A stretch of DNA of 64,000 bases from Acidobacteriota bacterium (GCA_965263035.1 OZ253580.1:3296001-3360000); one strand, 5' to 3'. Shown: positions 16,478 to 27,097, numbered from the stretch's first letter. The notes: generated by a model not told the origin, from the sequence alone. Made by a program: numbers and translations.

Positions 16478-18355
16478 CTACCAGGCCAGGGCCGTGCTCC
16501 CTTCCATGCGGGGGTTGGTGGCGGACACCAGGGTCCCTGTCTTGGGGTCGATCATGACCACCATGGTGTTGTCCCCGCTCCAGGGATTGGCGATCTGCAC
16601 CTTGTGGCCCCTGCCGCGGAGGTCGGCGGAGATCTCCTCCAGGTTGGCCAACCGCCCTTCCAGTAGGGCGCGGCCGGGAAACGCCCGGTGGGGATAGAAG
16701 AGGCCGGGGAAATGGCGGGTCCAGACCTTGGGGGCGTCCAGCGCGTCCTGCAGACTCATCCCGAAGTCCACGACGTTCAGGAAAAAATGCAGGGTTCCCT
16801 GGTCCTGGACGTCTCCTCCCGGCATGCCGAATCCCATCCAGGGGCGTCCGTCCTTGGTGACCAGAGTGGGTGTGAGGCTGGTGGAGGGCTGCTTTCCCGG
16901 CGCCAGAGATTTGGCCAGGCCTTCCTCCAGGTAGAACATCTGCACCCGGCTGCCCAGGCAGAATCCCAGGCCGGGGACGATGGGAGAGGATGCCGGCCAG
17001 CCGCCACTGGGCGTGGAGGAGAAGATGGTCCCGTGGGAATCCACGGCCCGGACTCCGGTGGTCCCGTCATCCCGCAAGCGAGGCTGGACCGGCGCCAGGC
17101 TCAAATTCGGCGGCCGTTTCTCGGGATGGGCGTCGAAGGGGAAGGGGTCCCCGGGACGCAGTTCCAGAGAGGCAGTCTTCCAATCGATGAGTTTTCGTCT
17201 CAGCTTGGCGTATTCCCGGGAGAGAAGCCCCTGACGGGGAACGTAAACGAAGTCGGGATCGCCGTAGTACTTCTCCTTGTCGGCGTGGGCCAGCTTGGCC
17301 GTCTCCAGCCAGAGGTGGAGGTAGTCGGCGCTGTTGTGCTTGAGCGCCGCCAGGTCGTAGCCTTCCAGTAGCGCCAGTTGCTGAAGGAAGACGGGCCCCT
17401 GGGTCCAGGGTCCGCACTTGTAGACCCGATACCCGCGGTAATCGAAGCTCCAGGGCTCCTGGATCCGGGCTTCGTAGTCGGCGAAATCCGCCTCGGTCAA
17501 TAGAGCGGAGTGGCGTCCCCCTTCGTTGTCGCGAATCTTGAACTCCCGGGAGAATCGAACCAGTTGCCGGGCGATGGGACCCTTGTAGAAGTAGTCGTGG
17601 ACCGCCCGTAGCGCCTCGCTGCGGCCGGCGCCTTGCTTCAGCGCCCCCTTCTCGGCTGCGGCCAGCCGTCGGAAGGTGCGGGCCAGGTCGGGAAGGCGCG
17701 TTACCTCCCCCACCTCGGGGACCCGGCCGTCGTGGAGAAAAGCCGCGCCCGAGCTGGGCCACTCCCGGCGGAAGGTCTTGGCTCCCCGATACTTTTCCGT
17801 CTCCTTGCGGCCAACGCCACGGCGCCAGCGCTCGTCGACCGGAAATCCATCCGCCAGGCGGATCGCACCTTGAACGATCTGGGAGAAGCTGAGGGTTCCG
17901 TACCGGTCCAAGCTCAGAACCACTGCCCCCAGCACGGCGCAGACTCCCGCCGGCAGGAAGCCGTCTCCCGGGATCATCTCGTATCCCTGCTTGCGGAACC
18001 ATGCGATGTTGGCCGCACGGGGGGAGCGGGTGTTTCCGTTCACTGAGACGACCCGCCGCTCCCTGGGGGAATAGATGAGGGTGGGCATCTCGCCCCCGAA
18101 TCCGAAGGAATTGAACTCCACCACCGAGGCCGCCAGGATCATGGCCACGCCCGAATCCACGGCATTGCCCCCCTGGTGGAAGATCTCCATGCCCACGCCG
18201 GCTACCAGGGGATGACCCGCCGCCACCGCGCCGCGCAGTCCCCGAGCCTCGGTTCGAGTACCCTTGGCGCCCAGCAGGGTTGCGGACGGCGAGACCGCCT
18301 CCAACAGGAGAACTCCCGTCAGAATCAGAGCCGCCCGGTTTGTTCTATTGGCCAT
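16478..18355 (-). CDS. ggt: Gamma-glutamyltransferase family protein (Ntn hydrolase), exported
   Basis: GGNAVD, GFGGE, GTT nucleophile site, LAPGKQP, GMPGGDVQDQ; N-terminal signal peptide. Confidence 0.9.
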   Translation of the reverse strand: MANRTNRAALILTGVLLLEAVSPSATLLGAKGTRTEARGLRGAVAAGHPLVAGVGMEIFHQGGNAVDSGVAMILAASVVEFNSFGFGGEMPTLIYSPRERRVVSVNGNTRSPRAANIAWFRKQGYEMIPGDGFLPAGVCAVLGAVVLSLDRYGTLSFSQIVQGAIRLADGFPVDERWRRGVGRKETEKYRGAKTFRREWPSSGAAFLHDGRVPEVGEVTRLPDLARTFRRLAAAEKGALKQGAGRSEALRAVHDYFYKGPIARQLVRFSREFKIRDNEGGRHSALLTEADFADYEARIQEPWSFDYRGYRVYKCGPWTQGPVFLQQLALLEGYDLAALKHNSADYLHLWLETAKLAHADKEKYYGDPDFVYVPRQGLLSREYAKLRRKLIDWKTASLELRPGDPFPFDAHPEKRPPNLSLAPVQPRLRDDGTTGVRAVDSHGTIFSSTPSGGWPASSPIVPGLGFCLGSRVQMFYLEEGLAKSLAPGKQPSTSLTPTLVTKDGRPWMGFGMPGGDVQDQGTLHFFLNVVDFGMSLQDALDAPKVWTRHFPGLFYPHRAFPGRALLEGRLANLEEISADLRGRGHKVQIANPWSGDNTMVVMIDPKTGTLVSATNPRMEGSTALAW

Positions 18356-18594
18356 ATTTCCGCTCCTGTTTTCTTCAAATTCCTGGGGAAGATCCGGCCG
18401 AACCGACCGACTCGTGGGCCGAGTCTAGTGAGGCGCGCGGACGGTTTCAAGAGTGGCGGGAGCCCGATCACTACCGGCGCGTTTCCCGTGTGTTGCCGGA
18501 CCCGCGGGGTCGCCTCGTCGCGAGAACTTCCATGGATCCTCTCCATGGGAGCCGGTCTCACCCCGTATCGAGCCACGGTCCAAGTCGAGATTCG

Positions 18595-18664
18595 TTCGAA
18601 TCTCGGGGGATGTGGAGATATAATAAAAATTAAACTTGGAAGCGCAGAATGACAATAGTTCTCG
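18595..18664 (+). promoter_or_regulatory. Candidate sigma70 promoter and possible Fur-like box upstream of TonB-dependent receptor
   Basis: Perfect TATAAT 18619-18624 with TTCGAA 18 bp upstream; AATGACAATAGTTCTCG 18648-18664 loosely resembles a 7-1-7 Fur box. Confidence 0.35.
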
Positions 18665-18725
18665 TCTCCAAAGTGCAATTTCCGGCACTGGAGTTTCCGG
18701 CCGAACCTTAATAGGGGGATGTGCA

Positions 18726-21700
18726 ATGCAATCTGAATTACGTGCCCAGCCAAGTGTTCGATTCCGCAGCATGATGATCGGCTTGGTACCGATCCTGTTG
18801 GCCGCCTTCATCCCGGCGTCAGCGCAGGTTCTCACCTCCCGGGTCGATGGCACGATACGGGACCAGAGCGGCGCCGTCCTGCCCGGGGTTTCGGTGACGC
18901 TGACCAACGTCGATACCAACGCGGCCGAGGAGGCGGTGACGAGTGACATCGGTCTCTACGTGTTTCCGCAGATTCCCCGTGGAGCCTTTCGACTCACAGC
19001 CCAGCTACCCGGGTTCAAGACCGCGGTCGTCGAAGGCGTTCGGGTCGAGTTGGCCACGCCCGCCACGGTGGACGTCGTGCTGGAGGTCGGCGGGCTGGAC
19101 GAGATGGTGACCGTGAGCGCGGCGCTGGCCCAATCTGTCATCAACCAGACCAATGCCGAGATCAACACCAACCTCAACCGGGAGCAGGTGAAGGAGCTTC
19201 CCCTGAACGGCCGCAACGTGACCCAGCTGGCGCTCACCCAGGCCGGAGTGACCAGCGTGGGAGGGGCACGATCGGCCTCCATCAACGGCACTCGAGGGAC
19301 CTTCAACAACTTCACCCTGGACGGGATCAACAATCAGGACACCTTTATCCGGACGGATTCCCTATTCGGAGTCATTCCGGTCCAGGAGAGCTTCATTCAG
19401 GAGATCAACATCACGACCGCCAACTCGGAGGTCGACGCCGGCCTCGGAGCCTCACAGACGCAGTTCGTGACCCGTTCCGGCAGCAACGAGTTCCACGGAG
19501 AGCTGTTCTACTACCATCAGAACGACGCCCTCAACGCCACCGACTTCTTCAACAACGCCGCCGGAGTCCCCAAGGAGAGGCTCCTGAACCATCAGTACGG
19601 TTTCAACGTGGGCGGGCCCATCCTGAAGGACAAGCTCTTTTTCTTCTTCAACTATGAGAGGGAGCCCAGCCCCTCTACGGCCTCCGTCGTCAGGAGCGTG
19701 CTGACGAACTCGGCCCGCGCCGGGAATTTCACCTACGTCAGGCAGGACACTGGCGAGTTGGCCACGCTGAACCTGTTCGAACTCACCGGACTTTCCCCGG
19801 ATCCCGTCATCCAGTCCCTGATCGGCCTGACCCCGCCGCCCAACGACGCCACCGTCGGCGATGGAAGAAACACCGCAGGTTTCCGGTTCAACAGTCCCAA
19901 TTCCTCCACGGGCGAATGGGTGGTGTTTCGGGGAGACTACGAGATCAACTCCAGCCACTCCCTCACCGGCACGTTTCACCAGTTCACACTTGATGTTCCC
20001 AACTCCGCGGGCAACGCCATCGGTTCCGTCTTCCCGGGTCTTCCCGGAGCAGGCCAGGGGTCCGACCGCCGGCTGGGATCCTTCTCCCTCAGAAGTGGGC
20101 TCAGTCCGACCGTCACCAATGAAGGGCGTTTCGGTTTCCAGATCGCCAGTGTCAAGTTTTTTACCAACGAGACCTTTCCGCAGGGGTACCGGCTCGGTTT
20201 CTCGGGGGGCTTCGCGAATCCGATACGGAATTTTATGCCCCAGGGTCGTGATACGCGCAACCTGGACGCGATGGACAACCTGACCTGGGTGAATGGAAAT
20301 CACACCGTCAAGGTCGGGGGGAGCGTGCGCTGGACCAAGGTCGACAGTTTCAACGATGCGGGGATTGTTCCCACCTATGCTCTCGATTTCGGTCCGGGGA
20401 ATCCGGACCCGCTGGCTCCCGGCCTGTTCCCCGGCGGGATTTCGTCCAGTGACCTGAACAGTGCCTCGGGGATGCTGGCAACCATGGCCGGGGTTGTCGA
20501 CTCGGCAGACCAGACGTTCAACGCCACGTCGGGAGCTTCGGGGTATGTGGACGGGGCCTCTCAAACCAGTATCCTCGAACAGGATTTCATCAATTTCTAC
20601 CTCGCGGATACCTGGCGCATCATCCCCGAATTCACCTTGAATTTCGGGTTTCGATGGGAATTTCACTCGGTCCCGGACGAGACCCAGGGATTGGCCCTGC
20701 TGCCGGTGGGTGGCCCCGAGGCAGTGCTCGATCCCAATGCGAGTATCGATCTCGCCGGCGCCACCAATGGAAGGCCGTTCTTCAAGAACGACCTGAACAA
20801 CTACGCTCCCAGCCTCGGGTTCGCGTGGCGAGTCTCGGACAAAACCGTTCTCCGCGGCGGCTACGGCCTCAACTACGTGATCGACAGCAGCTTCACGACG
20901 ACGCTCAACGCGGTGCGGGGCAACGCGGGCCTGAGCCTGGATCAGGTCCTCCCGGGAATTGGCGGCACCGTCAGCAGCGGCGGCCTGGTGCCGATTCCGG
21001 TACCCGAATTCAAGCTCCCCAGGACCGCGCGCGACCAGATCCTGGCCGATGCCACTGCTGCCCTCTTCACCATCGATGAGAACCTGAGGACCCCCTATGT
21101 GCAGCAATGGAACATCGGCCTCCAGCATGAGTTGCTGCAGAACACCGCCGTCGAGTTGCGCTACGTGGGAAACCACGGCGTCAAGCTGACCCGTGCCGTC
21201 GATCTGAATCAGGTCCTGCTGCCGTCGGAATTCGTGGCGGACTTCAGGCGCGCCCAGAGGAATCTGGCCGCCTATGGCGACCCCTACGCCGGTGAGCCTT
21301 TGGAGATCTTCCCGCGACTCGGTTTCGGCGGATTCCTGCAGTCCGGCGGCGTTCAGAACTGGATTCGAAACGGTGAGATCGGGCAGTACATCGGCGGGTT
21401 CCTGGCGCCCAACCGGGTGTTCTTCTTCAACGGCGAAGGGGGCGAGAGGTTCGGAGCCACCCTGCCCATCAGCTTCTTCCTCCGCAATCCCAATGCCTTC
21501 GTCGGCGACGTGGTCGGAAACGGCGCGTTCTCCAAGTACAATGCGCTCCAGTTCGAGATCCGGCGGCATTTCCGCGGGGGGTTCGCAGGCCAGTTCAACT
21601 ACACCTGGGGCAAGGTGCTGACGAATTTTGCCGGCAGCCAGACCAATTTTCGCGGGTACTTCGACAATGCCCAACCGCATCTGGAGATCATGCGTCCCGA

Positions 21701-22355
21701 CTACGACATCACCCACACCTTCAACGGCAACTGGGTCTGGGAGATCCCCTTCGGCCAAGGGCGCAGGTGGATGAACGGCGGCGGATTCATGGACTATCTG
21801 GCCGGTGGATGGGACCTCAGCGGATTCTTCAGGCTCCGTTCCGGCGAGGTCGTCAACATCATCTCCGGAAGAGGAACCATCAACCGCGGCGGTTCCCGAG
21901 CGCTGACCAATACCGTTCATCTCACGGGAATCGACATTCCCGAGCTCCAGAACAAGACCGGGTCGTACCGCGACGCGCAGGGGCGTGTGATCCTGTTCGA
22001 TCACCGCCTGATTGCACCGGGAGGTGGAATGAATCCGAGGTATTTCGCGAATCCCGGCCTGCTGGAGGCGGGGACGCTGGGTCTGTCCCCGGTCAGTGGA
22101 CCCTGGTACGCGTCGTTGGATCTCGGGGTTCGCAAGAGTTTCCCGATCCCGGTGACGGAGGAAGCCCGGCTCCAGCTCCGGTTCGACTTCTTCAACAGTC
22201 TCAATCGCACGAATTTCGCCATAACCAACAAGGGCGGAGGCATAAGCGGCCTCGGTGTCACCAACAGCCACAATCCCAACAGCCCCCTGTTCGGCCAGAT
22301 CAGCTCCGCCTTTTCTCCCCGCGTGATGCAGGTTGGGATGAAAATCACATTTTAG
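18726..22355 (+). CDS. TonB-dependent receptor with N-terminal carboxypeptidase-regulatory-like domain (Oar-like, Acidobacterial type)
   Basis: DQSGAVLPGV, LPLNGRN, TRSGSNEFHG, GGPILKDKLFFF, C-terminal QVGMKITF; start ATG 18726 after AGGGGG. Confidence 0.93.
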   Translation: MQSELRAQPSVRFRSMMIGLVPILLAAFIPASAQVLTSRVDGTIRDQSGAVLPGVSVTLTNVDTNAAEEAVTSDIGLYVFPQIPRGAFRLTAQLPGFKTAVVEGVRVELATPATVDVVLEVGGLDEMVTVSAALAQSVINQTNAEINTNLNREQVKELPLNGRNVTQLALTQAGVTSVGGARSASINGTRGTFNNFTLDGINNQDTFIRTDSLFGVIPVQESFIQEINITTANSEVDAGLGASQTQFVTRSGSNEFHGELFYYHQNDALNATDFFNNAAGVPKERLLNHQYGFNVGGPILKDKLFFFFNYEREPSPSTASVVRSVLTNSARAGNFTYVRQDTGELATLNLFELTGLSPDPVIQSLIGLTPPPNDATVGDGRNTAGFRFNSPNSSTGEWVVFRGDYEINSSHSLTGTFHQFTLDVPNSAGNAIGSVFPGLPGAGQGSDRRLGSFSLRSGLSPTVTNEGRFGFQIASVKFFTNETFPQGYRLGFSGGFANPIRNFMPQGRDTRNLDAMDNLTWVNGNHTVKVGGSVRWTKVDSFNDAGIVPTYALDFGPGNPDPLAPGLFPGGISSSDLNSASGMLATMAGVVDSADQTFNATSGASGYVDGASQTSILEQDFINFYLADTWRIIPEFTLNFGFRWEFHSVPDETQGLALLPVGGPEAVLDPNASIDLAGATNGRPFFKNDLNNYAPSLGFAWRVSDKTVLRGGYGLNYVIDSSFTTTLNAVRGNAGLSLDQVLPGIGGTVSSGGLVPIPVPEFKLPRTARDQILADATAALFTIDENLRTPYVQQWNIGLQHELLQNTAVELRYVGNHGVKLTRAVDLNQVLLPSEFVADFRRAQRNLAAYGDPYAGEPLEIFPRLGFGGFLQSGGVQNWIRNGEIGQYIGGFLAPNRVFFFNGEGGERFGATLPISFFLRNPNAFVGDVVGNGAFSKYNALQFEIRRHFRGGFAGQFNYTWGKVLTNFAGSQTNFRGYFDNAQPHLEIMRPDYDITHTFNGNWVWEIPFGQGRRWMNGGGFMDYLAGGWDLSGFFRLRSGEVVNIISGRGTINRGGSRALTNTVHLTGIDIPELQNKTGSYRDAQGRVILFDHRLIAPGGGMNPRYFANPGLLEAGTLGLSPVSGPWYASLDLGVRKSFPIPVTEEARLQLRFDFFNSLNRTNFAITNKGGGISGLGVTNSHNPNSPLFGQISSAFSPRVMQVGMKITF

Positions 22356-22459
22356 CGCCAAGCCTCAGGGGGCATGGTTGTGCCGGAAAGAACGTTGTGG
22401 GTATTGTGGCGCCAATTCCGACGGCAGATCCGGTTATTTCCCAGGGAGGAAAATGAATC

Positions 22460-23755
22460 ATGAGTCAATCGTCCATTCACCGGCGCTCTTTCCTGTCCCG
22501 TTCTGCGGGGGCCGGACTGGCGCTGGCGGGGTTTCCCGGCATCCTCAGTGCGCGCAACGTCAACAACAACATCAACGTGGGAATCGTGGGCCCGGGAGGG
22601 CGCGGCACCGGTCTCCTGAAGAGGTTTTTGGAGAGCGCCAGCCAATACGGAGCCCGCCTCACGGCGGTCTGCGATCTCTGGAATTACCGCCGCGACCGGG
22701 CCGCTGCCCTGGTGGAGGAAAAGGAGGGCCGGGCGCCCAAGATCTACCGGCACCATGAGGAGATCCTGGCCGACAAGGAGGTTGATGCCCTCATCATCGC
22801 CACCCCCGACCACGCCCATGCCCAGATCCTCAAGTTGACCGCCGAAGCCGGGATGGACGCTTACTGCGAGAAACCCATGTCCAACGTGCTCTCCGAGGCC
22901 AACGAGGCCCTGGATGCCGTGCGGAAATCAGGCGTCATCGTCCAGATCGGCACTCAGAGGCGCGCCAATCCCCGGTACCGGAAGGCGACCCGCATGATCG
23001 CCGACGGATTGATCGGGGACGTGGTCAAGGTGGACCTCCACTGGAGCTTTTACAGTCCCTACCGCTGGGCCAGGAAGGAGAAGGACATCCTGATGGCTCG
23101 AGAGAGCGATCTGGACTGGGGCACGTGGCACATGGGCCGGCCACAGCGGCCCTTCGATCCCCGCATCTTTCGCTGCTTCCGCCTCTTCAAGGACTTTTCC
23201 AGCGGAATCATCGATCAGTGGATGAGCCACGGCATCGATCTGGCCCACATGTTGACCGGTGTCTCCTATCCGGTGAGTGCCGTGTCCCACGGCGGAATCT
23301 ACAAGTGGAAGGACTTTCGGGAGAATCCCGATACCCAGGAGGTCACCCTGGAGTACCAGAAGGGTGACGAGAAGTTCCTGGCCGTCTACTCCACCAATTG
23401 GATCAACGGTTACGGCAACGGCACCCGGGTCCACGGCACCCTGGGGAGCTTCGAGGGGGAGTCCTTCTCCAACCCCGACGCGGATTGGCAATTTTCCGGT
23501 CAGGGCGTGAACTCCGAGGGCAAGATCCAGGATCGCATCGTGGTTCCCCGGGAGTCCGTAGACATGGACGAAATGGGAATGGCTCACATGACCAACTGGC
23601 TGGACGCCGTGCGCCGCCGCGACCCCAAGGGACTCTTCTGTCCCGTCGAGGCCGGCTACGGGCACTCCATCGCCTGCATCATGGCGACCGACGCCTACTG
23701 GAGCGGCAAGCGCATGGTGTTCGATCCGAAGACACGAGTCATTCAGGCCGGCTGA
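22460..23755 (+). CDS. Gfo/Idh/MocA family oxidoreductase with Tat signal
   Basis: RRSFL Tat motif, GPGGRG, IATPDHAH, YCEKP, QIGTQRR. Confidence 0.93.
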   Translation: MSQSSIHRRSFLSRSAGAGLALAGFPGILSARNVNNNINVGIVGPGGRGTGLLKRFLESASQYGARLTAVCDLWNYRRDRAAALVEEKEGRAPKIYRHHEEILADKEVDALIIATPDHAHAQILKLTAEAGMDAYCEKPMSNVLSEANEALDAVRKSGVIVQIGTQRRANPRYRKATRMIADGLIGDVVKVDLHWSFYSPYRWARKEKDILMARESDLDWGTWHMGRPQRPFDPRIFRCFRLFKDFSSGIIDQWMSHGIDLAHMLTGVSYPVSAVSHGGIYKWKDFRENPDTQEVTLEYQKGDEKFLAVYSTNWINGYGNGTRVHGTLGSFEGESFSNPDADWQFSGQGVNSEGKIQDRIVVPRESVDMDEMGMAHMTNWLDAVRRRDPKGLFCPVEAGYGHSIACIMATDAYWSGKRMVFDPKTRVIQAG

Positions 23756-23851
23756 CAAAGCGGCAGGGTCCAGCGGTCCATGGCAGGAACCGCCGCGCAG
23801 ATTGAATTTCGGTGCATTCCGCCCGAATGTTTCGGTTTTAAAGTCAGATCC

Positions 23852-23884
23852 AATGTGAAATAATTGTGACACTGATGTGATCAT
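23852..23884. promoter_or_regulatory. Three TGTGA direct repeats at 11-bp period (OmpR/PhoB-type binding array candidate)
   Basis: TGTGA at 23854, 23865 and 23876 in the AT-rich intergenic region upstream of TBDR 24016. Confidence 0.45.
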
Positions 23885-24015
23885 TCTATGATTGGGCCAG
23901 GCGTAATGAATCGGCCTCCCCACCTCGTGGGGTCGTGTCGGAGACATCGGATATAACGTTTACCAAGTTGTACTCGCACACGGACTAGGCAGTACAAACT
24001 ATTTGGAGGTGCATC

Positions 24016-26901
24016 ATGGTGTCATTGTTGTCTCGGAATCAGTGGTTTCCTGCAAGGCTGGGCTTACGCACAGTCGGCGTACTTGCGGTACTGACTCTGG
24101 CAACCCTGGTGGCTACGGGTTCCGCTGCTGGCCAATGTCTTGAAGTCCGGGTGCTGGACCCGTCAGCCGCCGCCATAGTTGGGGCTTCGGTACTGATCGG
24201 AGCCCAGGAGAAGACGACCGACGAAACCGGGACCGCAGAGTTTTGCGATCTCGGCACACCTCCTCACGCGGTCGTGATCGTCGCTCCCAACTTCCAGGTG
24301 CTGGAAGACCTGGTGCAGAAATCCGAGGGTAGAGTTGCCTTCACGCTGGCGGTCCTCGTGGAGACCGAACTGATCGTGGTCGGGACTCGTGCCGAAGCGC
24401 GGTCGAGCACCGAATCGATGGTTCCCGTCGACGTGATCGGCGGCGCGGATTTCATCAATCAGGGAACCACCGACGTGACCGACCTGATGCGCACGCTGAC
24501 CCCCTCGTTCAACGTCAACACCCAGCCCATCAGCGACGCGGCCACCATCGTGCGGCCGGCCAACCTGCGCAACATGGCCCCGGACCACACGCTGATCCTC
24601 GTCAACGGCAAGCGCCGCCACCGCGCGGCCGTAATCGCCTGGCTGGGCAATGGTATTGCCGACGGGGCGCAGGGGCCGGATCTGTCCACCATACCCGCCA
24701 TCGCTCTGCGGCAGGTCGAGGTGCTGCGCGACGGCGCGGCCGCGCAATACGGTTCCGACGCCATTGCCGGCGTCATCAACTTCGAGTTGAAGAACGCCCG
24801 CTCCGGGGGCAGCATGGAGTTCCGCACCGGCCAGTACTTCGACGAGAACGACGGCGACCCGGGCACGTGCGGTACCATCGGCCGCTCGTGCAACGGCATC
24901 GGCGGTCGCGGTATGAACTACGCTTTCGCCGGTAACGTGGGTCTGCCGCTCGGCCCCGAAGGGTTCGTGAATATCAGCCTTGAGTACGGCGGCACGCAGC
25001 CCACCAATCGGGCCGTGAATGACAGCGGTACGGCGGCGGTGATCAACGGCGGCAACGCCCACGTGCGGACCACGTCGCGTGTCTGGGGCACGCCGCTGAT
25101 CGAGGACGACCTGAAGCTGTTCGCCAACTTCGGCACCGGGGGGGATCGGGCGGAGTTCTACGGCCACACGAACTACGCCAGCAAGAAGGTGACTGGCGGC
25201 TTCTATTACCGCAATCCCAACAACCGCGGCAACGTGTATTCGGTCGACGGCGGCGAGTCGTTGCTGGTCGGCGACGGGCTGGCGGCGAAGGGCACGGGCT
25301 CGGCCAATTGCCCGACGGTCAACATCGTCGACGGCACGCCGGATCAGGCCGCCTTCGCGGCGGTCCGCAACGATCCGAACTGCTTCACGTTCCACCAGCC
25401 GTTCCTTGGCGCACCGGACGGCCTGCCGGGCGGCTTCACGCCCCAGTTCGGCGGCGACGTCAACGATTACTCACTGGTTTCCGGCGTGCGCGGGACCATG
25501 ATGAACGGACTCCACTGGGACATCAGCGGTTCCACCGGCCGGAGCCACGTGCAGACCTTCATCTTCGACACGGTCAACGCCTCTCTCGGCCCCGAGAGCC
25601 CGACCCGGTTCGAGCCGAACCTGCTGCAGCAGACCGAAAACAGCCTCAACGCGGACATGTCGTACGCCGCGAGCGACATGGTCAACGTCGCCGGGGGCTT
25701 CGAGTGGCGGAACGAGCAGTACCACCTCGGCGAAGGCGATCAGGCGTCCTGGGCGATCGGCCCCTACGGCGCGCAGGGCTTCAGCTCCGCCTCCAACGGC
25801 TACAACGGCACCCGACCCGAGAACGCCGGCACCTGGGACCGCGCCAATTACGCGGGGTACGGCGACGTCGAGCTGCACGGCGGCGCCAACGACTGGAACC
25901 TCGGTGCCGCCGTACGCGTCGAGGACTTCTACGACAGCTTCGGCACGACGATAAACGGCAAGCTGTCGGGGCGCTACGGCGTCACCGACATCTTCGCGCT
26001 GCGCGCCGCGGTCAGCAGCGGCTTCCGCGCCCCAACGCCGGGTCAGCAGAACGTGCTGAACGTGACGACCGAGTTCGACTACGCGCTGAACGACCTGATC
26101 AACAACGGCACCATCCCGTCCACATCGCCGGTCGCGGCACTTCGGGGCGGGGAGCCCCTGCAGCCGGAACAGTCGACCAACTACTCGTTCGGGACGGTCG
26201 TCGACACCGGTGGTCCGTTCACCGTCACCACCGACTATTTCCGCGTCAACGTGTCGGACCGGCTCACCATCACGAGGAACTACAGCCTTTCGGAGGACGA
26301 GGTCACGACGCTGGTGGCCGACGGGATTACCGAAGCCGGCAACCTCGCCGCGTTCCGCTTCTTCGTGAACGACTTCTCGACCCTCACGCAGGGGGTCGAC
26401 GTCGTCGCGTCCTGGACGCCGCTGGCCATCGGCGGACGGACCACGTTCACCGGCGTCTTCAACTACACCGACACGCAAGTGACCGAGTTCAGCGAGGAGC
26501 ACTTCGACACGGACCGAGTCACGTCGCTGACCCTGGGGCTGCCGAGGATTCGCTGGAACTTCGGGGCCACCCACACCGCAAACCGCTGGACCCTGATGAC
26601 CCGGCTGCACTACTACGGTTCGTACTGGGATCGGGAGGACGCGCGCTCGGCGAGGGGCGTGGCGATGTCGCACATGTATCCGCTGTACAGCGGCAAGCCG
26701 CTGGTCGACGTCGAGCTCGGCTTCCCGATCAGCGACGTCACGCTGTCGTTCGGGGCGCAGAACGTCTTCAATACCTACCCGGACGAGAATCCGGGCGCCC
26801 TCGCCGGGGTGGGCAACCGTTACGGCCAATTCGGGCCGTTCGGCTTCAACGGCGGCTACTACTATGTCCGGGTCGGCTACACCTTCGGCAACAACTTCTA
26901 G
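24016..26901 (+). CDS. TonB-dependent receptor
   Basis: VVGTR TonB box, plug LVNGKRRH...EVLRDGAAAQYGSDAIAGVINF, GFRAP, C-terminal F; GGAGG RBS. Confidence 0.95.
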   Translation: MVSLLSRNQWFPARLGLRTVGVLAVLTLATLVATGSAAGQCLEVRVLDPSAAAIVGASVLIGAQEKTTDETGTAEFCDLGTPPHAVVIVAPNFQVLEDLVQKSEGRVAFTLAVLVETELIVVGTRAEARSSTESMVPVDVIGGADFINQGTTDVTDLMRTLTPSFNVNTQPISDAATIVRPANLRNMAPDHTLILVNGKRRHRAAVIAWLGNGIADGAQGPDLSTIPAIALRQVEVLRDGAAAQYGSDAIAGVINFELKNARSGGSMEFRTGQYFDENDGDPGTCGTIGRSCNGIGGRGMNYAFAGNVGLPLGPEGFVNISLEYGGTQPTNRAVNDSGTAAVINGGNAHVRTTSRVWGTPLIEDDLKLFANFGTGGDRAEFYGHTNYASKKVTGGFYYRNPNNRGNVYSVDGGESLLVGDGLAAKGTGSANCPTVNIVDGTPDQAAFAAVRNDPNCFTFHQPFLGAPDGLPGGFTPQFGGDVNDYSLVSGVRGTMMNGLHWDISGSTGRSHVQTFIFDTVNASLGPESPTRFEPNLLQQTENSLNADMSYAASDMVNVAGGFEWRNEQYHLGEGDQASWAIGPYGAQGFSSASNGYNGTRPENAGTWDRANYAGYGDVELHGGANDWNLGAAVRVEDFYDSFGTTINGKLSGRYGVTDIFALRAAVSSGFRAPTPGQQNVLNVTTEFDYALNDLINNGTIPSTSPVAALRGGEPLQPEQSTNYSFGTVVDTGGPFTVTTDYFRVNVSDRLTITRNYSLSEDEVTTLVADGITEAGNLAAFRFFVNDFSTLTQGVDVVASWTPLAIGGRTTFTGVFNYTDTQVTEFSEEHFDTDRVTSLTLGLPRIRWNFGATHTANRWTLMTRLHYYGSYWDREDARSARGVAMSHMYPLYSGKPLVDVELGFPISDVTLSFGAQNVFNTYPDENPGALAGVGNRYGQFGPFGFNGGYYYVRVGYTFGNNF

Positions 26902-26909
26902 GAGCGCTG

Positions 26910-26985
26910 GGAGCGGCGGTTTTCTTACCGCCTGGAGGGGCGACTTTCTTGTCGCCCATTAGGAGCAGCGACTTTCTTGTCGCCG
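26910..26985 (+). repeat. REP-like GGAG-tagged palindrome cluster (3 tandem units)
   Basis: GGAGCGGCGGTTTTCTTACCGCC, GGAGGGGCGACTTTCTTGTCGCCC, GGAGCAGCGACTTTCTTGTCGCCG; same family as 55590-56391. Confidence 0.8.
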
Positions 26986-26993
26986 ACAGGGGC

Positions 26994-27097
26994 GTCTAGG
27001 GGGGACGCAGTCCTCCCTAGACATTCCGGAATAAACGACAACCATCCGCCTCTTCTCATCGGACGAAAGAGGGCACCCACACAAGGGGTGCCCTTAC
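26994..27097. terminator. Two further hairpins between convergent genes (terminator / GTAG-REP-like)
   Basis: GTCTAGGGGGGAC-GCA-GTCCTCCCTAGAC (26994-27022); AGGGCACCC...GGGTGCCCT followed by TAC (27070-27097), overlapping the stop of 27094..28767. Confidence 0.5.

Noticed and set aside
18360-18610. Riboswitch upstream of TBDR 18726
   Set aside because: Hairpins are present, but I could not identify cobalamin, TPP or other aptamer consensus.
19452-22361. Very long antisense ORFs (also 7737-9956, 14241-16178, 41715-43466, 45846-47735)
   Set aside because: Stop-poor shadows of GC-rich genes, with no recognisable motifs.
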